Shown here piece by piece: positions 60,829 through 64,000 of a DNA stretch of 64,000 nucleotides (its first letter is position 1; every line of letters starts with the position of its first letter). Both the position numbers and the translations under genes were made by a program. A model generated the notes under the pieces. That model was not told the origin of the DNA and made no database searches. It worked only from the letters and a program-made list of their open reading frames with translations. The DNA is from Clostridia bacterium (lineage in GTDB: Bacteria; Bacillota; Clostridia; Monoglobales; Monoglobaceae), in assembly GCA_045645905.1 (NCBI GenBank), contig JAZRJT010000016.1, positions 784 through 64,783 of the forward strand, in the 5' to 3' direction.

Positions 60829-61644
60829 TTATGCGCCGCTTCCGGCTACAATTTCTGTGATTTCCTGTGTGATTGCACCCTGTCTTGCACGGTTGTATTG
60901 AAGCGTCAAATCCTCAATCATCTCACTTGCATTCTTGCCCGCATTATCCATTGCAAAACGTCTTGCAATAACCTCGCAGGCAAAAGCTTCCCTTGCCGCA
61001 GCAACTATCTTGCCTGCAATATATTCTTCAATAACCGCTTCAAGAATTGTCTTCTCGTCAGGCTCATAGATAATATCTGCCCTTGACGGTGTCTCTGTCT
61101 TTTCAAGAGGTAACACCCAATTAATTTCAGGGGTTTGAGTCATCATTGAAACATACTTGGTCGAAACAATTCCCACCTTCTCATACATACCGTCTTTGAA
61201 CTCCCCGCAGATTGTTTTTGCAAGGTCGATGGCATCACTGTATGAAAAGCCTTCGGTTTTGACAACATCTTGCCCATATCTTTCACAAGAGCGTTTGCCG
61301 ATTGCAATGATTTTATCCATGTGTTCTGTCTCAGCAAGCTTAAAGATGTTGGAATTGTAACCGCCCGCAAGACCTCTGTCTCCGGCAACTACAATAAGGC
61401 AGACCTTGCCTGCCTCACCTGCACGCATATATTCGCTCTTTTCGCAGGACTTTGCCGACGACAGCATCGCAATGGTATCGTCAATAGCCGCAGAATACTG
61501 TCGACTTTTTGTCATTGCAATTGTTGCGCTGCGTATTTTTGCAGATGCTACAAGCCCCATCGCCTTTGTAAGATGCAATGTTGAATCCACACTTTTGATG
61601 CGGGTTTTCAAGCTTTTAATATCTACACCCATGGTAATTCCCAT
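60829..61644 (-). CDS. atpG: F1 ATP synthase gamma subunit
   Basis: DIKSLKTRIKSVDSTLHLTKAM at the N-terminus and LQYNRARQGAITQEITEIVAG at the C-terminus. The start is ambiguous: GTG 61659, ATG 61644 or ATG 61632. Confidence 0.9.
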   Translation of the reverse strand: MGITMGVDIKSLKTRIKSVDSTLHLTKAMGLVASAKIRSATIAMTKSRQYSAAIDDTIAMLSSAKSCEKSEYMRAGEAGKVCLIVVAGDRGLAGGYNSNIFKLAETEHMDKIIAIGKRSCERYGQDVVKTEGFSYSDAIDLAKTICGEFKDGMYEKVGIVSTKYVSMMTQTPEINWVLPLEKTETPSRADIIYEPDEKTILEAVIEEYIAGKIVAAAREAFACEVIARRFAMDNAGKNASEMIEDLTLQYNRARQGAITQEITEIVAGSGA

Positions 61645-61659
61645 AGCCTTTCCGCCCAC

Positions 61660-61813
61660 AGATTGTTCTTTATATAATCATTACACGCGTTATCGTGGGC
61701 AGATAAGGCGTATAATGGGAATTACGCACATCGCCATTTTGCATCGTAAGCGATGCAAAAACTTTGGCAATGCAATAAATTCCGCCGGAGGCAAAACTTG
61801 ATTTATCAAGTTT
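61660..61813 (-). other. unusually long, hairpin-rich atpA-atpG intercistronic spacer
   Basis: There is a perfect 10-bp hairpin TTTTGCATCG/CGATGCAAAA (61738..61761) and a hairpin around the atpA stop (61782..61815). The 11-bp inverted repeat GTAATTCCCAT (61634..61644) / ATGGGAATTAC (61724..61734) and the nested GCCCAC/GTGGGC pair can pair the spacer with the atpG start region. Confidence 0.6.
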
Positions 61814-63830
<2,017 letters not shown>

Positions 63831-63834
<4 letters not shown>

Positions 63835-64000
63835 TCTTCATCACCTATTTTCTCAATAAATGAATCAATCAAGCCACGGTGATCCTCAGGATTAATTTCA
63901 CGCTCTAAAAGCTTGTTGGCAAGAGCAGTTGACACCTCAACAATTTCTTTTTTGATGCCTTCTTCTGCCTTTTTCATTTCAAGCTGAGCCTGAGTTTCTG
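63831..64000 (-). CDS. atpF: Fo ATP synthase subunit b, partial (N-terminus outside window)
   Basis: The minus frame stays open to the window edge and ends ...GDEE-TGA, overlapping the atpH ATG. The charged coiled-coil sequence (KKAEEGIKKEIVEVSTALANKLLEREINPEDHRGLIDSFIEKIGDEE) is typical of b subunits. Confidence 0.8.

Overview
This is a chromosomal window from a low-GC Firmicute, and the gene content and order look Clostridia-like: hprK-murB-whiA-dnaE, groESL behind a perfect CIRCE operator, radA-carD-ispD-ispF, an F1Fo atp operon, a T-box leader and an ECF-transporter S component. It is almost fully coding, mainly on the minus strand. I call about 60 protein genes and 3 tRNAs (Leu-UAG; Asp-GUC plus Thr-GGU). 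I see no rRNA, no CRISPR array and no intact mobile element. Most of the window is ordinary housekeeping. I found no obvious defence or toxin system and no clearly novel multi-gene system. The items that deserve a second look are:

- A complete T-box leader (candidate Tyr specifier) sits in front of a sodium:solute symporter. An acyl-CoA ligase, iorAB and an unknown gene follow on the same strand.
- An unusual number of gene remnants are present: capD with an in-frame TGA, a 5'-deleted sigG, a serine-recombinase C-terminal fragment beside tRNA-Leu, a CDP-alcohol phosphatidyltransferase fragment, and a domain-truncated atpC.
- An exact 27-bp direct repeat sits at two of those truncation breakpoints, 48 kb apart.
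- A roughly 270-bp, highly structured element bounded by inverted repeats lies between tcdA and a cinA-type gene.
- A structured 154-nt spacer lies inside the atp operon.
- An XRE/S24 (LexA/CI-like) repressor is divergent from a tiny membrane ORF, with phased GTTTCG repeats between them.
- A 1343-aa multidomain heparinase II/III-like secreted protein is encoded next to the recombinase remnant.

All family calls come from reading motifs in the translations. No database search was run.
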